DNA of 64,000 nucleotides, taken from Ruditapes philippinarum. Lineage: Eukaryota. The translations under genes and the position numbers were made by a program. The notes beneath the pieces were generated by a model that worked only from the letters and a program-made list of their open reading frames with translations, was not told the DNA's origin and ran no database searches. Positions within the stretch are counted from its first letter, which is position 1; every line of letters begins with the position of its first letter. The stretch lies in assembly GCF_026571515.1 (NCBI RefSeq), contig NW_026852957.1:62001-126000 (forward strand). Reading direction: 5' to 3'. Below are positions 11,776 through 23,716 of the stretch, piece after piece.

Positions 11776-14700
11776 GTAATATTTTATCACATATTTAGAA
11801 AACAATTTTTCACCCTTGCTTAAAAATGCCTTATAGTGTTAAGTTAAGTAAAACAATGTATTGGGAAGGCGTTATAATGCGAATAACGGCCTTATAACGC
11901 ATCAAAGGCGTAATAATACAAAAAAGTAGTTATAACGCAAACATAGGTGTATTTATGCGTAATAAGGCCATATAACGCAAACAAAGGCGTAATAATGTAA
12001 AAAATGGAGTTATAACCTAAACAAAGGTGTATTAATGCGAATAAAAGCGTTATAACACAAACAAAGGCGTATTAATGCGAATAAGAGCGTTATAACGCAA
12101 ACAAAGGCATGTATACAAGTAAAAACGCAAAACAAATGGCGAAATAACGCAAATGAAGGCGTTTTTATGTGATATTAGTTATCTGTTAAAGAAACTTAAC
12201 GAAAATATACCCCATTTTTGTAGTATATTAGCTTGAATTGAATTTAAAGTATTTTCCTAATTCTTTATGGTATTTTTTCACGAGTTACTTACAGCTTATA
12301 TATTTTATAGAATTGCATATTCTTCTTTTTATCAGATTCTTTACCAGGGATAGTGCAACAGCAACCGTCGGCACCACCCCCACCAGGTAATGTATAAGAA
12401 TTACACCAAATGTCGCACACATTGCCGTATACATATGAGTTGCGCCATGACAAATCAACATAGTGCGTTTGCGACCAGCATAGATCCAGACCAGCCTGCG
12501 CATCCGCGCAGTCGATGCGCAGTCTGGGCAGGATCCATGATGTTCGCTTACAAACCCTATTACAAGTAGTGATACTGATAGGGAACAGCACGGATTTGCA
12601 GGCTGGTCTGGATCCATGTTGATCGCAAACCCACTATGTTGGTTTTTTAACGGCGCAGCTCAATTATATCTTAATACAATTTTTTATTTGTTATAAAAAA
12701 TCATTTCCTTAACAAGTTACATGCTATTTAATTTTGCATTTAAAGTTCTATTTAAAGTTATCCGACGATGATGTCGTAGTAACATTTTGCACGTGTTTTG
12801 CCAGCTCTATTATTCACGTGCGTTTATATATAATTCCCCGACGGTAAATTATTGTGCACGAGCTAAAAATGTTTTCATGCTTTACATGCTTTTCTTAATA
12901 TTCTTAATTGTAAAGACAAGTAATTCTTGCTATAAATTGGAAAATTTTATATGTAAAAAAAGGTTAAAGAAATAGTTAAGACTGATTTCTTAATAAAATC
13001 AATTGATAATTGAATATTAAAGTTTGTTAAGTTGTGTTATACTTTTGATTGATTATTAAGTAAAATTGAAGTTAAATTGATTAATAGTTATCATGTTTAG
13101 TAAAACTAGGTAGAAATAGATAATTATTCAAATGGATATTTGAGCCGCGTCACGACAAACCAACATAGTGCGTTTGCGACCAGCATGGATCCCTGCTGTT
13201 CGCTTACCAACTCTATTACAAGTAGGAAACTGATAACGAACAGCATGGATCCTGATCAGACTGCGAGGATGCGCAGGCTGGTCTGGATCCATACTGGTCG
13301 CAAACTCATTATGTTGGTTTTGTCGTTTGTTTTCTTTCCAATGTTTTGGATAAGTAAATAAACTTGAAAGGGATTCAAGACACCACATTCATGAATAATT
13401 CATTGGTTATTTCATTTACACATTTTTTAAATGTCCGATTGTTGAGTAAAACTTGTATTATATTTGAATTTATTTCTAATCTGATTCCTAGCTTTTACCA
13501 ATATTAATATGGTCGTGAACACAATACTTAAGGTATCAAACCCACGTTCAATGGGTTGAGATAAATACACCTTAATCATTTGGCCACTATTTAACTCCGA
13601 TTTTGTAGAACATGTGAAAATTTATATAGAGATACATTAGAGATATATAAACGGTATTTAAAGGGACTCTAATGATGTCCAAAAAACATAAAAATTGCTT
13701 TTCTAGCCCAATTTTAGTGAATAGCGTTGTAACGATTTTCAATTTTATGTCATTTTCTCAATAAAAATAATCATTCTGGAAGAACGGATTGAGCGAATGA
13801 TCTGAAATTTAGCGCAAAAGTTATTTGTCTAGACCTATATCAAATGGAGCATTTTTCTGAAGAAAAAAATGAAAAAATATTCCTTGTCCTTTCATATCAA
13901 AAACCTCAGTGGGGTCCCTTTAAAGACATTCTATCATATCCAAATCAAAACAAGAGCCACAAACTAAACCTGCATGACAGTTTAAAAAAAGACACATCCG
14001 TCTATTTTGAAGCATTTTCATTTCTTAATTTTCTATCAAACTTAAGAAAAGTATTATTATTCGATTTTTAAAGCATTAAAGACACATTTCTTTACCATTT
14101 AGCTGGGTGTTACGGACTCACTCAAGCGTCTAGTGCAGACCCAGATCAGCTAGCACATCCTGGCCAGCTGATCATGGTCTGCACTGTTCGCTATCTACTC
14201 AGCGCATACAATTGAAATATTCCTTCCTAATGATGAATGGTTTAGTCCAAATTGAAAGATGGGCACGTTCGTTAAAGACATGTAGCGTTGTAATAGTCAA
14301 TAATCTTTATTTTCTGAAGTTATGCCGATGCAAGGTATGTCGAGAATGCCGGGGTTGTCAGAAATGCCGGGTATGTCGGGAATGCCACCCGCACAGATAC
14401 TTTGGATGACCCGGCCACTAGGTCGAGTCACCTGTCCTCGTGGTTTAGAATACCTAAACCAACTGAATAAGCTGTTCATACACCAAGAGATAGACAATAG
14501 TCCTGGAGGTTTGTAAAAATAAATATACACTATCTTCTATCTAAGATATTTTTAGAGGTCAAATGTATCCCAGAAACGCTATTATTTTTATTTCTCAAAA
14601 GCATTGTATTTTTTGGTCTTATGTGCTATAGTTTCCAACAAGTTACTAAATGGCCAATTACCTAAACCTACTTTTGCTTTTGAAAGTCAAATTACTATTT

Positions 14701-17700
14701 TGTTTGCATTTCGCTACTTTTATGACAAATAATTACAAATCCAATGCTGCTTTATCAGATTAAAAGCATCTAACATGAAACGATTATTTAAACGTTATAA
14801 TTTTCCCTTTCAAACGAATACATTCTTTTTCCGTTTCTGGGGCAGCGTGTGCCTTTAAAGTTACATAGTAAATGGTCATGTTGTTTCAAACTTTGTTTAC
14901 TATGGTGGCTGATTTGTGCCATTCGTGTTTTCGCCCCGCGACCCCACCAAGCGAAAAGTCGAGAATAAACAGATAAAAATGGCAAGGGCGCGGACCGAAA
15001 ACACGCTAATTAGCGAGTGTGTGGGGCGAAGATTAATAAATAAAACTTCTCCCCGCGGGGGCGCGGAGCGAGATTTAAAAAAATAAAACGGCGGCGTCGC
15101 GGGGCGAAAACACGAATGCCACAAATTAATAACCATAATATACAGAGAATGCATACAACAAGCGATTCAACTTATTTCCTTAACTTACAGGTTTTATTAA
15201 TTATTTGCAGGGATGTATGACGAAAGCGCTTACTGGTACAAGATAATGAATGCCAATGGCCAACAGGTGTTTACAGCAATTGAAGGTAAAGATACAAAAA
15301 ATAAAGATAATCATAAAAGCAAAACATATGTTTTTGGTACATCGCGTAGGGGAAGAGTAAAATATCATAGAATCCGGGAATTGGGATTGTTTGACTATCT
15401 TCTAATGATATCTCAAAGATTGTCTTGAAATGGATCAAATATTATAAAGATGGGGTTATGCTTCTGACAGAAATGAATCTTGAAAAAAAATGTAAAGACT
15501 CAAATCAGCATTAATCTACATGACTTCAGTTTTAGGATATAAAAACATTTAAGTTCTAATTGCACCTTATGCATAAATTATCAAACTGTACATTGCGCAC
15601 ATTCTCGCAATTTACTATGATTTACAAATTCCGAAGTTAATAGTCAGTCACTTTATCATTTTGTTCTATTTACACACGTTACATATTCAATATTCCTTTT
15701 ATTAAAACTGGATAGGTCAACTATACAGACTCGAATGACTTATAAAATCTTGACATGGTACATGTTTTTTAAAATTAAAAGATTTTTGACATGTAATACG
15801 GCCCTGTATAAACGGTTGTTCAAAAATATAATCTAAGTCACCAGGCGAGAGTTATATTGCAAACAACCGTTTATATACGACCATATAACATGTCAGAAAT
15901 ATTTATAACGAGTTTATAATACAGCAAGCATCAGTTTGTAGAGAAAAAAGCGAGATTTCTTCATAAACTGACAGCTACTATGTATATAAATTTATGTAAA
16001 CGTCACGATTATCCAATGAAATGTTACAACCGTGCAGATTATAACTAGCTTTATATCTATTTCAGATCCTTCAAACACGAGTGGCACCTGTGTCTGCCTT
16101 CCCGGACAAAGAGGCTACAACGTCCGGATCAAAGACAATATTAACAATGTATGTATTAATATATTTTATTGTGATAATTATAGCTTCAATATGCACATGG
16201 ACATGACGATCACTGACCTATATAGTATGTGACGTCATTATACTATTAGTTTTAAGGTTTTTGACAGGTTATGTGTCCACATATAAACGGTTACTTTCAA
16301 ATATAACCCGAGCTAGAAAATAAAAGCCTTGCAAAACTTTAAATCATACCACCAAAACACACAAAATAAATGTAAAACTTTGACTACATGTGTTGTTAAC
16401 TTTTCCAGGAAGTGATGAGAGTTACACGTGACCCAATCTGCTGCTCGTGCTGTCCATGCCTTGGCTGTGAACACGTGGTCAAAATAGAAGCCCCTGTCGG
16501 TCAGGTCATAGGTTATTTTAAGAGCCAGTAAGTTAGTTTTTACAACGTTCTCTTAAAGGCCCATTATGCCCTAGAAATGCTCTAAAAGTTTTTAAAAGGT
16601 TGCTTATTGAACATTACATGAACCATCTTCTTGTTTTGTCGTTTTTTTTGTTGTTTTTTTTTTGTTGTTGTTGTTGTTTTTTGTTGGTTTTTTTTTTTGG
16701 CAATATGTACAATTTTAGTGATTAAGTAATTTGTATGTAGGTTTTTTTTTATAACTCCTACGTAGGAGTTTATAAGTTCTACGTAGGACTTTATAACTCC
16801 TACAAAGGAGATAAAAAGCCTAATTAGGAGTTTTAACTCCTACGTAGGACTTAATAAATCATACGTAGGACTTTGTTACTCCTACGTAGGACTTTATAAC
16901 TCCTACGTAGGAGATAAAAAAAAACCTAATTAGGAGTTTATAACTCCTACGTAGGACTTTATAACTCCTACGTAGGAGATAAAAATCCTAATTAGGAGTT
17001 TGTATCTCCTACGTAGGACTTTATGACTTAATAGGAAAAGCATACAGAACACTTTGCAAAATCTCAACATTCCGGACCGGTAAATCGGCGATGGAACAAG
17101 ACACATACCCGCCTCCCAACCCACCCCCGGCCAAAATTTAAAATCTTAAATATAGAGGACATTTCACCTTTGGTTTATACACAGAGTGACAAAATCATCT
17201 CTGGCTACAGACTAAGGGTATTGCCACAATTACAACATGACACATATAATTTATTTTCCTACATAATATGCTATCTTAAGTTATACTCTAGCATACATGT
17301 CCGTCGAACTCTGTGCTTTCAGTACTTTGAATGTATCCTCCGTAGGAGTTATAAAGTCCTACGTAGGAGTTTAAAAGTCCTTCGTAGGAGTTATAAAGTC
17401 CTACGTAGGGGCTATAGAGTCCTTATTAGGCTTTTTTTATCTCCTACTCTAGCATACATGTCCGTCAAACTCTGTGCTTTCAGTACTTTGATATGTATCC
17501 TACGTAGGAGTTATAAAGTCCTACGTACGAGTTATAATGTCCTACATAGGAGTTTAAAAGTCCTACGTATACGTAGGACTTATTAACTCCTAATTAGGAT
17601 TTTTTATCTCCTACGTAGGAGTTATAAAGTCCTACGTAGGACTTACATAGTCCTACGAAGGACTTATAAAATTCTACGTAGGAGTTATAAACTCCTAATT

Positions 17701-20700
17701 AGGCTTTTTAATCTCCTACGTAGGATTTTTTTATAGAACATAATGAATTGGTACCAGGACGCTTCCGTAAAAAAAGATGTTACTTTCAAATACATTTTCA
17801 AAATTTTCATGAAAATTAGCTTGCATTTTGAGGCATTCTGCATAAATGTTTTTTCGTGAATTTATTGTCAAAATGTACACCGTGGTACATAGCGTGTCTT
17901 TAATTAGTACATTATAATTGTTGCTAATAACTTTATTTAAAATTTTCACAGAAAAGGCTGCGGTAGCATTACATTCACGATTTCAGATGCTGGAGATCAG
18001 GTGGTGTTCATTATTAAATTTCCGGCATGCGCGACATCATCGTATCAACAAGCACAAGAATATCAGGTTATCTCATTTCACTATTTTTATCAGAATAAAA
18101 ATTATGGATTTAAAAAAAAAAAGAATGCTTCTAAAATGTTTGTGTGAAATAAAACTGGCAATAAGTTGCCTGAAAGCGAGTGGCGCATGCACAAAACATT
18201 GCTAAACGGATAAAACCCTACTTAAAATAGCAAAATAATATATAGTTCTGGAACATTTTATTCTGTTTACGTACATTATTCATATGTATTAAATAACAAA
18301 GACATTCTAAGTTACAACTTTTTGAGTAATTTAATAATGGAACGGATATAATTTTACTGTTGATAAATTTTATAAAAATTATTTCATAAAATTTAGATTT
18401 ATTCACTTTAAGTCCAAGATTTACATAAAATATGATTATCTCATTTGATTGGAATAAACATTATATAAAGCTGCATGCCTCCAACCACAATATTTGAAGA
18501 AAATCAAACTTGAGTAAATTTTGTGCCATTTGCGCCAAAAAACCTCCTTTGCGTTATTTAGTCATACCGCTTCAAAAGTTAAAGGAGCAGCAAAACTTCG
18601 GTACACTGTTCACTCGGTCATAATTATGATAGTGCATGGTAGCTATAATGTTACTGTTACTATTTATCGGAACATGAAATAGTAAAACGCTACTCATAAA
18701 ACAATACGGTAATGAATTTATACATTTTAAAAATAAAAACGGAATGAAACATCCATGTAGCGCTAAGTAACTTAAAAGATATTTTCCGATTTTTCTATGT
18801 ACCGATTTGTTCACTTCGATGTTAATTTTACGTTTAAGTTAAGTCGTATATTGAAGCGGAGCATGCGCATAACAATTTTTGTAGACTGCTTTTAATGATT
18901 TTACTCTTTAAACGAGATTAATTCACTACAATTAAAACAAGTAAAAATGGATGCCGCCAGCAATCAGTCTGAACACTGTGGAGAGGTCATCAGACCTCTC
19001 CAATGAGAATGACGTTGCGTTTTTGTGTACACAAAAAATTATAATCTTTGTCTGAAGAGGTAAAGTAGGGTATTAAGAAGTCAATATGATACAAAATCAG
19101 AAATAGAATTTTAAAAGACTCGATAGCAAAGATGGTTAAGTCAGCATGATGCCATAAAAGTTAAATTTTATCATGAGTTTGAGCCTCACAAGTTGTTTAA
19201 CCTTTTTTTCTTTTTTATCCCAATTTTTATTTTTTTGTTTTTTTACATAAGATGCAAATTAATTGGAATATAAAGGCAGTTTTGTTTTAATATTGAATAA
19301 TTTAGATTTACCGGAAATAATGATGTTTATCCTGTGTGGTGTATAATATATATTATTAGTACTTTTGCATTGTACAAGTTTTTGGTGCTAACTTAACTAT
19401 AGTTGAAACAATTTATGTACATGTATGCATTCCGTATCAGGTTGCACAAACTTACTAAACATAGCAACATTTAAAGAAAAAGTGAAATGAGAAGTTAATA
19501 GAAAATAACACAGCACTAATAATCTTTACAAGAAAAACAAAAGATATTCTTACTCGATTGATAATAATATTGAAATTTTTGGGACCGAACCTGGCTGGCA
19601 GTCTTGCATTGATATGTCACTAAAAATTTACCAGAGAACTTTACCTACTGCGTTACGTCGACAGTAGGTAAATTTGTCGATATTTTTATTTATATGGCAA
19701 GCCTGCTTGACTTATGATATTAAACACAATATGATACCGTTGTAGTGGACACCGTGTCACTAAATAATTATCATAAACGCACAGTACATATAAATATTCA
19801 TCATTTTGGGTCATCCTTGCCAAACATCAACCCAGTATGTCTTTTTTTCTTGAGAATGTTACATGCATCCAAACTAGCCCGCTTTTGTAGGAAGAGTTTA
19901 ATTTTCGAGGCTGCCGATTACTGCAGGAACACAAGTATTCTGAAAGAAAATCAAAATCACTCCCGGGTAAGACAGGCAAAAGTGATATCAATTATAAGAA
20001 GATATATTCAGTGGAATTCAAGCTATTATAAGGTTAAGAAACATTTATACACTTGTTACTATTTAAAGCAACAAAATTGTCTGCCATTCTAACTGATTAT
20101 GAGTGTCACATGATCGATTATGCGTTTGCGTCGCGGGCCGAGTACTCGTATCATGATCATCCCGCTGAACACAAGTACGTGCACAAACTTAAGCAAGTGC
20201 GTCACATTTACGTCCTGTGAAAAAGTGAACGTAGGTTTAAAGCACGAATAGCTTGATTTTATGAGAACTTAAGCCTTTCTTGTACCTTCCGGCCCTACTC
20301 TGCCTGGTATTTATCTCTTAATAAAAAAGTATTTAACAGGATTTAGCAACTTTTATTTGGGAGTATATCAGTTCTTACTAGCGGGATATGATACAGCGTC
20401 TCCTTATTATGAGTTACTTCAACTAACTTGGTCTTTTTAAAATATAGTATTACGAAAAATAACCCCAAATAAGAAGTTATAATAACTTTAGTCGGCCTTT
20501 GTTACTCCTAATTACAAAGGTAACAACTAATGTTAAAGCGATTTAAAAAGCCCTATTAGAAGAAATAATGGTTGAATTAAAATGTTTAAGTAAACATCTT
20601 AATTCGACCGTATTTTCTTCTTAATTCGCTTTGATGGTAACATTTTAAAGCTTTTAATTAGAACTTTGTATAACAACGTTCAAATAAGGATTTTATTTCT

Positions 20701-23379
20701 CCTAAACAAAAATTAGGACTAACAAAGTTCTTCCTTAAACCTTAATGAAAGTAACAAAGTCCTTAAACATATATTAAAGTAACTAAGTCATAATTAGACT
20801 TTTAAGATTCTTATTTATTTAGAGTAAGTATTTTTAATATTAAGATGTGGCATCATTACGCTTCCGTATCAAAACAGATTTTAAATTTTCGACCGTGCGA
20901 CCACATACACGCATCGAGGACATATTGAACGGAAAGTGACCGTGTGATCACAGGATTCCCCTTCTTATTCGAGAAAAGGGCAAAATGCAGTCCGCCCCTT
21001 TTATAAAAGGACAATATTATAAAATGTGCAATTTCCTTATTGCTATCAATTAGGAGGCTTATATTTAAGACTCTGTCTTGAATTGGTTTAAATACAACTA
21101 TGGTTAAGCAAATCAAACATTTTTCGTCTTTTTAAGTTTCCTATGAAAAGTTAAAAAGATCATTAAAATTTGGAAAATCTTGAGTTAACTGTTTTGTCTA
21201 CGTTTCATTTTATGTATATAATATAATTATATGTATTTTAATTCTTAAAAACATAAAAGTTTTCAAAAACGTTTCATATGCATTAAATGTAGGAGATGTA
21301 TATCACACTTAGTCTTGGGGCATTTTTGTCAAATTGCGTATTTATTTTCTGACTTTGCTAACAGTACCTGACTTATCCCACTTGTAAAGGAAGAGGTAAA
21401 ACTATAGATATACGATATACATATGAGCAGTCAATTCAAGTTATTTAATCGATTCCCACATATTGTAAATCGCAATAAATTCATGGACTTCGTTTGGATT
21501 TAAATTTCATTATTGTGTGTCATTAAAAAGATTAATCGCATTGAAAACTATTCCGTAATTAATAAGAGACGAGTTCATGAAAAGTATAATATAAAGGCGT
21601 TCCTAATTTGCACTTGAAAAAGCAATATTTCAAAGCGCAGATAAATCGAAAAACGGACCCGATAACAACCACTTTTCGTTTACAAATGTTTCTGCACTAA
21701 GCTCACCAAATTTTTAAACAAATTCTTTTTTTACAGATTTTAATTTACTTATATGTTTATTATCCGAGCACGATAAACAGAATTTTCTTCACATTTATTT
21801 ATAGTACCGAATAGTCTATATTAATACAATATAGGTAAATGAAATGTTGCACATCTCAATGATTGTACGTTTGACTGATAATTGTAAAAGTAAATAAAAA
21901 ATGTCGCAATATCTCTATCGGTAGAGCACTATGTTCAGAAGGATCCTACTCCTCGACAGGAGGGTAACAGGTTTTCACCACGGCCAAGCTAATTAGCTCC
22001 GCTAATTTGCTGCGCGCCCCGACATTTTAACTTGATACTTGGCGGAGTCACGGGGCGAAAACACAAAATGGCACAAATCAGCCACCATAGTTATATATTC
22101 AAGTCACAAACAGTATGATGATTGAATTATTAGCGCAATGCTCCTCACCAACTATCTTACTATTGAGACATTGGTAGATTTTAAAATGCGTCACGTGACA
22201 TTTTAAGGATTTATTATTTTATATAATTGATATATCAGGTATTAGCACGTGATGGCATAACTCAGTTGGCAAGATTTACCAAACACTGGGGCAAGATAGA
22301 GGATTCCATCCGCTTGAAAAAATTCTCATTAACTTGTAAGTAGGATCATCTATTATATTATAATGCTGTTTATGTGTTTCTCTCCCCTGATTATTTGCGG
22401 TTGGGCAAATGCATAAAAAGAGGTACATCTCAATTAAGCTTATACATTATTATTATAACTCGATTGTTGACTTACTGATATCAATGTACCTTCACCAGTC
22501 CCCTTTCTGGTACAGACCAATACTGGTGTCATATGGGGAAACACGGTCGTGACCCAAATAGGGTTCGAACCAACGGTACCGGTATTGCTCTGCAGAGGTT
22601 TATATTGTACTTTCTAACAGGTGCAACTTCTTCTTAAATAAGTCTTTAAACATGAATGTATCAAATAGACTTTTTCTGCGTTTGTGAAAGCTTTTAAGAT
22701 ATCAAAATGCCATTGATTCTAATCACCTTGCACGAGTATATAGGAACTAACAATTCAGACGAATATTTCTGAAATTATCTTCTCTGAAGTGCAAATTTGC
22801 TGGCCTTTATACTTGTAAACATAAACTTAACTAACGAGGAATGCAAACATTAGATATTGAATTATTCCAGTTGCACCTATGTTATCATGAATAAGGTATT
22901 GTCATTTAATTCAACTATCACAAACTTACATGAATATTTATTACTAAGTCTTATGTTCCTTCTTATACATATTCCGTCTGATACATTTTCCGCACTATAT
23001 TTGTTCCATCGTATACATGTCCCTTTGTTTTCCGTCTTATATATGTTCTATTTTAAAGATGTTCCGTCTTACGCATATTCCGTCTTTGACATATTCCGTC
23101 TTTTCCATGTTCTGTCCTATACATGTTTTCTCTTAAAGATGGTCTGCCCTGAACATGTTCAGTCTTATACATATTCAGTCTTAAACATATTTCGTCTTTT
23201 TCATGTTCTGTCTTATACATTATCTGTCTTTAACATGGTCTATCCTAAACATGTTCTGTGTTATACATGTGATGTCTTATAATGTATCAGCTATTTAAGA
23301 AAATCTTTTTCTGTTTTAAGTTCCTATGGATTTAGATGAGAGAATGAAGGCTGTGTTGCTTGGAACAATTTTCGCAATT
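11733..23379 (+). CDS. Phospholipid scramblase (PLSCR family) gene; 9 coding exons, 831 nt, 277 aa; terminal exon not located
   Basis: Exons 11733-11775, 12336-12386, 14320-14508, 15211-15285, 16066-16148, 16409-16527, 17952-18066, 22239-22335, 23321-23379 all have GT-AG borders and compatible phases. The joined frame has no stop. Family motifs: CPRGLEYL, YKIMNANGQQVF, CCSCCPC, IEAPVGQVIGY, KHW, FPMDLDERMKAVLLG. Confidence 0.9.
11866..12165. repeat. Minisatellite with a unit of about 39 bp in scramblase intron 1
   Basis: Recurrent aaaggcgtattaatgcgaataagagcgttataacgcaaac-type units, about 7 copies. Confidence 0.85.
12336..12386 (+). CDS. Scramblase coding exon 2 (DSLPGIVQQQPSAPPPP)
   Basis: tcttctttttatcag| acceptor, cag|gtaatg donor; 51 nt, phase 1-1. 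Confidence 0.8.
12436..12662. mobile_element. Long-TIR MITE, copy 1
   Basis: tgagttgcgcc..caacatagtgcgtttgcgaccagc..gatccagaccagcctgc is mirrored by gcaggctggtctggatcc..tcgcaaacccactatgttg..ggcgcagctca. Confidence 0.85.
13141..13326. mobile_element. Long-TIR MITE, copy 2 (same family, internally deleted)
   Basis: Shares caacatagtgcgtttgcgaccagcat and gcaggctggtctggatccat with 12436-12662. Confidence 0.85.
13662..13919. mobile_element. TTAA-flanked MITE (Kolobok-like ends)
   Basis: TTAA|agggac ... gtccct|TTAA. Confidence 0.65.
14092..14300. mobile_element. Degenerate MITE; relatives at about 3865-4025, 52665-52870, 60088-60244 and 62808-62970
   Basis: Shared core gtgcagacc.agatcag..ctgatc.tggtctgcactgttc and the tgtccatcttt..ggacaaaaccattcatc end motif. 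Confidence 0.55.
14320..14508 (+). CDS. Scramblase coding exon 3 (Met/Pro/Gly repeats, then WM..CPRGLEYL..LFIHQ)
   Basis: ttttctgaag| acceptor, gag|gtttgt donor; resembles PLSCR1 WMPAP..CPPGLEYLSQIDQILIHQ. Confidence 0.9.
14900..15138. mobile_element. MITE with imperfect TIRs of about 43 bp
   Basis: ctatggtggctgatttgtgccattcgtgttttcgccccgcgac ... gtcgcggggcgaaaacacgaatgccacaaattaataaccata. Confidence 0.85.
15211..15285 (+). CDS. Scramblase coding exon 4 (GMYDESAYWYKIMNANGQQVFTAIE)
   Basis: tttgcag| acceptor, aag|gtaaag donor; resembles PLSCR1 NKYEIKNSFGQRVYFAAE. Confidence 0.9.
15783..16306. repeat. Three copies of a 50-70 bp arm (forward 15783-15831, reverse 15852-15918, forward 16238-16306) around scramblase exon 5
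   Basis: Core tataaacggtt / aaccgtttata with flanking tttgaca(t/g)gt and aatataa. Confidence 0.75.
16066..16148 (+). CDS. Scramblase coding exon 5 (DPSNTSGTCVCLPGQRGYNVRIKDNINN)
   Basis: tttcag| acceptor, |gtatgt donor; resembles PLSCR1 CCGPSRPFTLRIIDN. Confidence 0.88.
16409..16527 (+). CDS. Scramblase coding exon 6 (EVMRVTRDPICCSCCPCLGCEHVVKIEAPVGQVIGYFKS)
   Basis: ttttccag| acceptor, |gtaagt donor; Cys cluster and IEAP.G..IGY motif. Confidence 0.92.
16750..17725. repeat. Minisatellite of about 21 bp with palindromic core CCTACGTAGG, arranged as two inverted arms
   Basis: Left arm mostly ataactcctacgtaggacttt (16750-17030); right arm mostly aaagtcctacgtaggagttat (17335-17725); about 300 bp spacer. 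Confidence 0.9.
17952..18066 (+). CDS. Scramblase coding exon 7 (QKGCGSITFTISDAGDQVVFIIKFPACATSSYQQAQEYQ)
   Basis: ttttcacag| acceptor, cag|gttatc donor; phase 2-0; aligns with PLSCR1 FTIQNEKREDVLKISGPC. Confidence 0.8.
21985..22090. mobile_element. Truncated inverted copy of the 14900 MITE
   Basis: ggggcgaaaacacaaaatggcacaaatcagccaccatag is nearly the reverse complement of 14900-14937; internal gctaattagc also shared. Confidence 0.8.
22239..22335 (+). CDS. Scramblase coding exon 8 (VLARDGITQLARFTKHWGKIEDSIRLKKFSLT)
   Basis: atcag| acceptor, |gtaagt donor; KHW motif. Confidence 0.88.
22445..22595 (-). mobile_element. tRNA-derived SINE relic
   Basis: Minus strand has B-box GGTTCGAACCC, then gtcacgacc..catatgacaccagtattgg..ccagaaaggggact (recalled as a mollusc Meta/MESC-type body; unverified) and a short (ata)n tail. 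Confidence 0.6.
22950..23280. repeat. Degenerate tandem repeat with a unit of about 20 bp
   Basis: Recurrent tatacat(a/g)ttc(c/t)gtct units. Confidence 0.8.
23321..23379 (+). CDS. Scramblase coding exon 9 (FPMDLDERMKAVLLGTIFAI)
   Basis: ctgttttaag| acceptor, |gtaagt donor; aligns with PLSCR1 FPLDLDVKMKAVMIGACFLI. Confidence 0.92.
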
Positions 23380-23586
23380 GTAAGTTTAATAATTAGTAGG
23401 GAGCATATATTTATTTAAATCAATTTTGATCAACTAATGACTTTAATAAAAAAGATAAAACCAAAACTGAATTTATTGTGGAATATTTATTGCATTTTTG
23501 GCATTGATTTTTGTTTTTGTTTTTGTTTATCATATTTTGTAAAATGAACATAATGTTTCATGAAATATTAAGAGACAGTTTTCTAT

Positions 23587-23716
23587 NNNNNNNNNNNNNN
23601 NNNNNNNNNNNNNNNNNNNNNNNNNNNNNNNNNNNNNNNNNNNNNNNNNNNNNNNNNNNNNNNNNNNNNNNNNNNNNNNNNNNNNNNNNNNNNNNNNNNN
23701 NNNNNNNNNNNNNNNN
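23587..23716. other. Assembly gap (130 N)
   Basis: Run of n. Confidence 1.

Noticed and set aside
17170-17586. 138-aa Arg-rich ORF
   Set aside because: Translation of the 21-bp minisatellite.
16553-17904. Possible TTAA-flanked element enclosing the foldback array
   Set aside because: The ends ttaaaggccc and gtgtctttaa match too weakly to call a TIR pair.
19118-19192. tRNA-like A/B box remnants
   Set aside because: The B box is degenerate (gtttgag) and no cloverleaf can be drawn; at most a decayed repeat.
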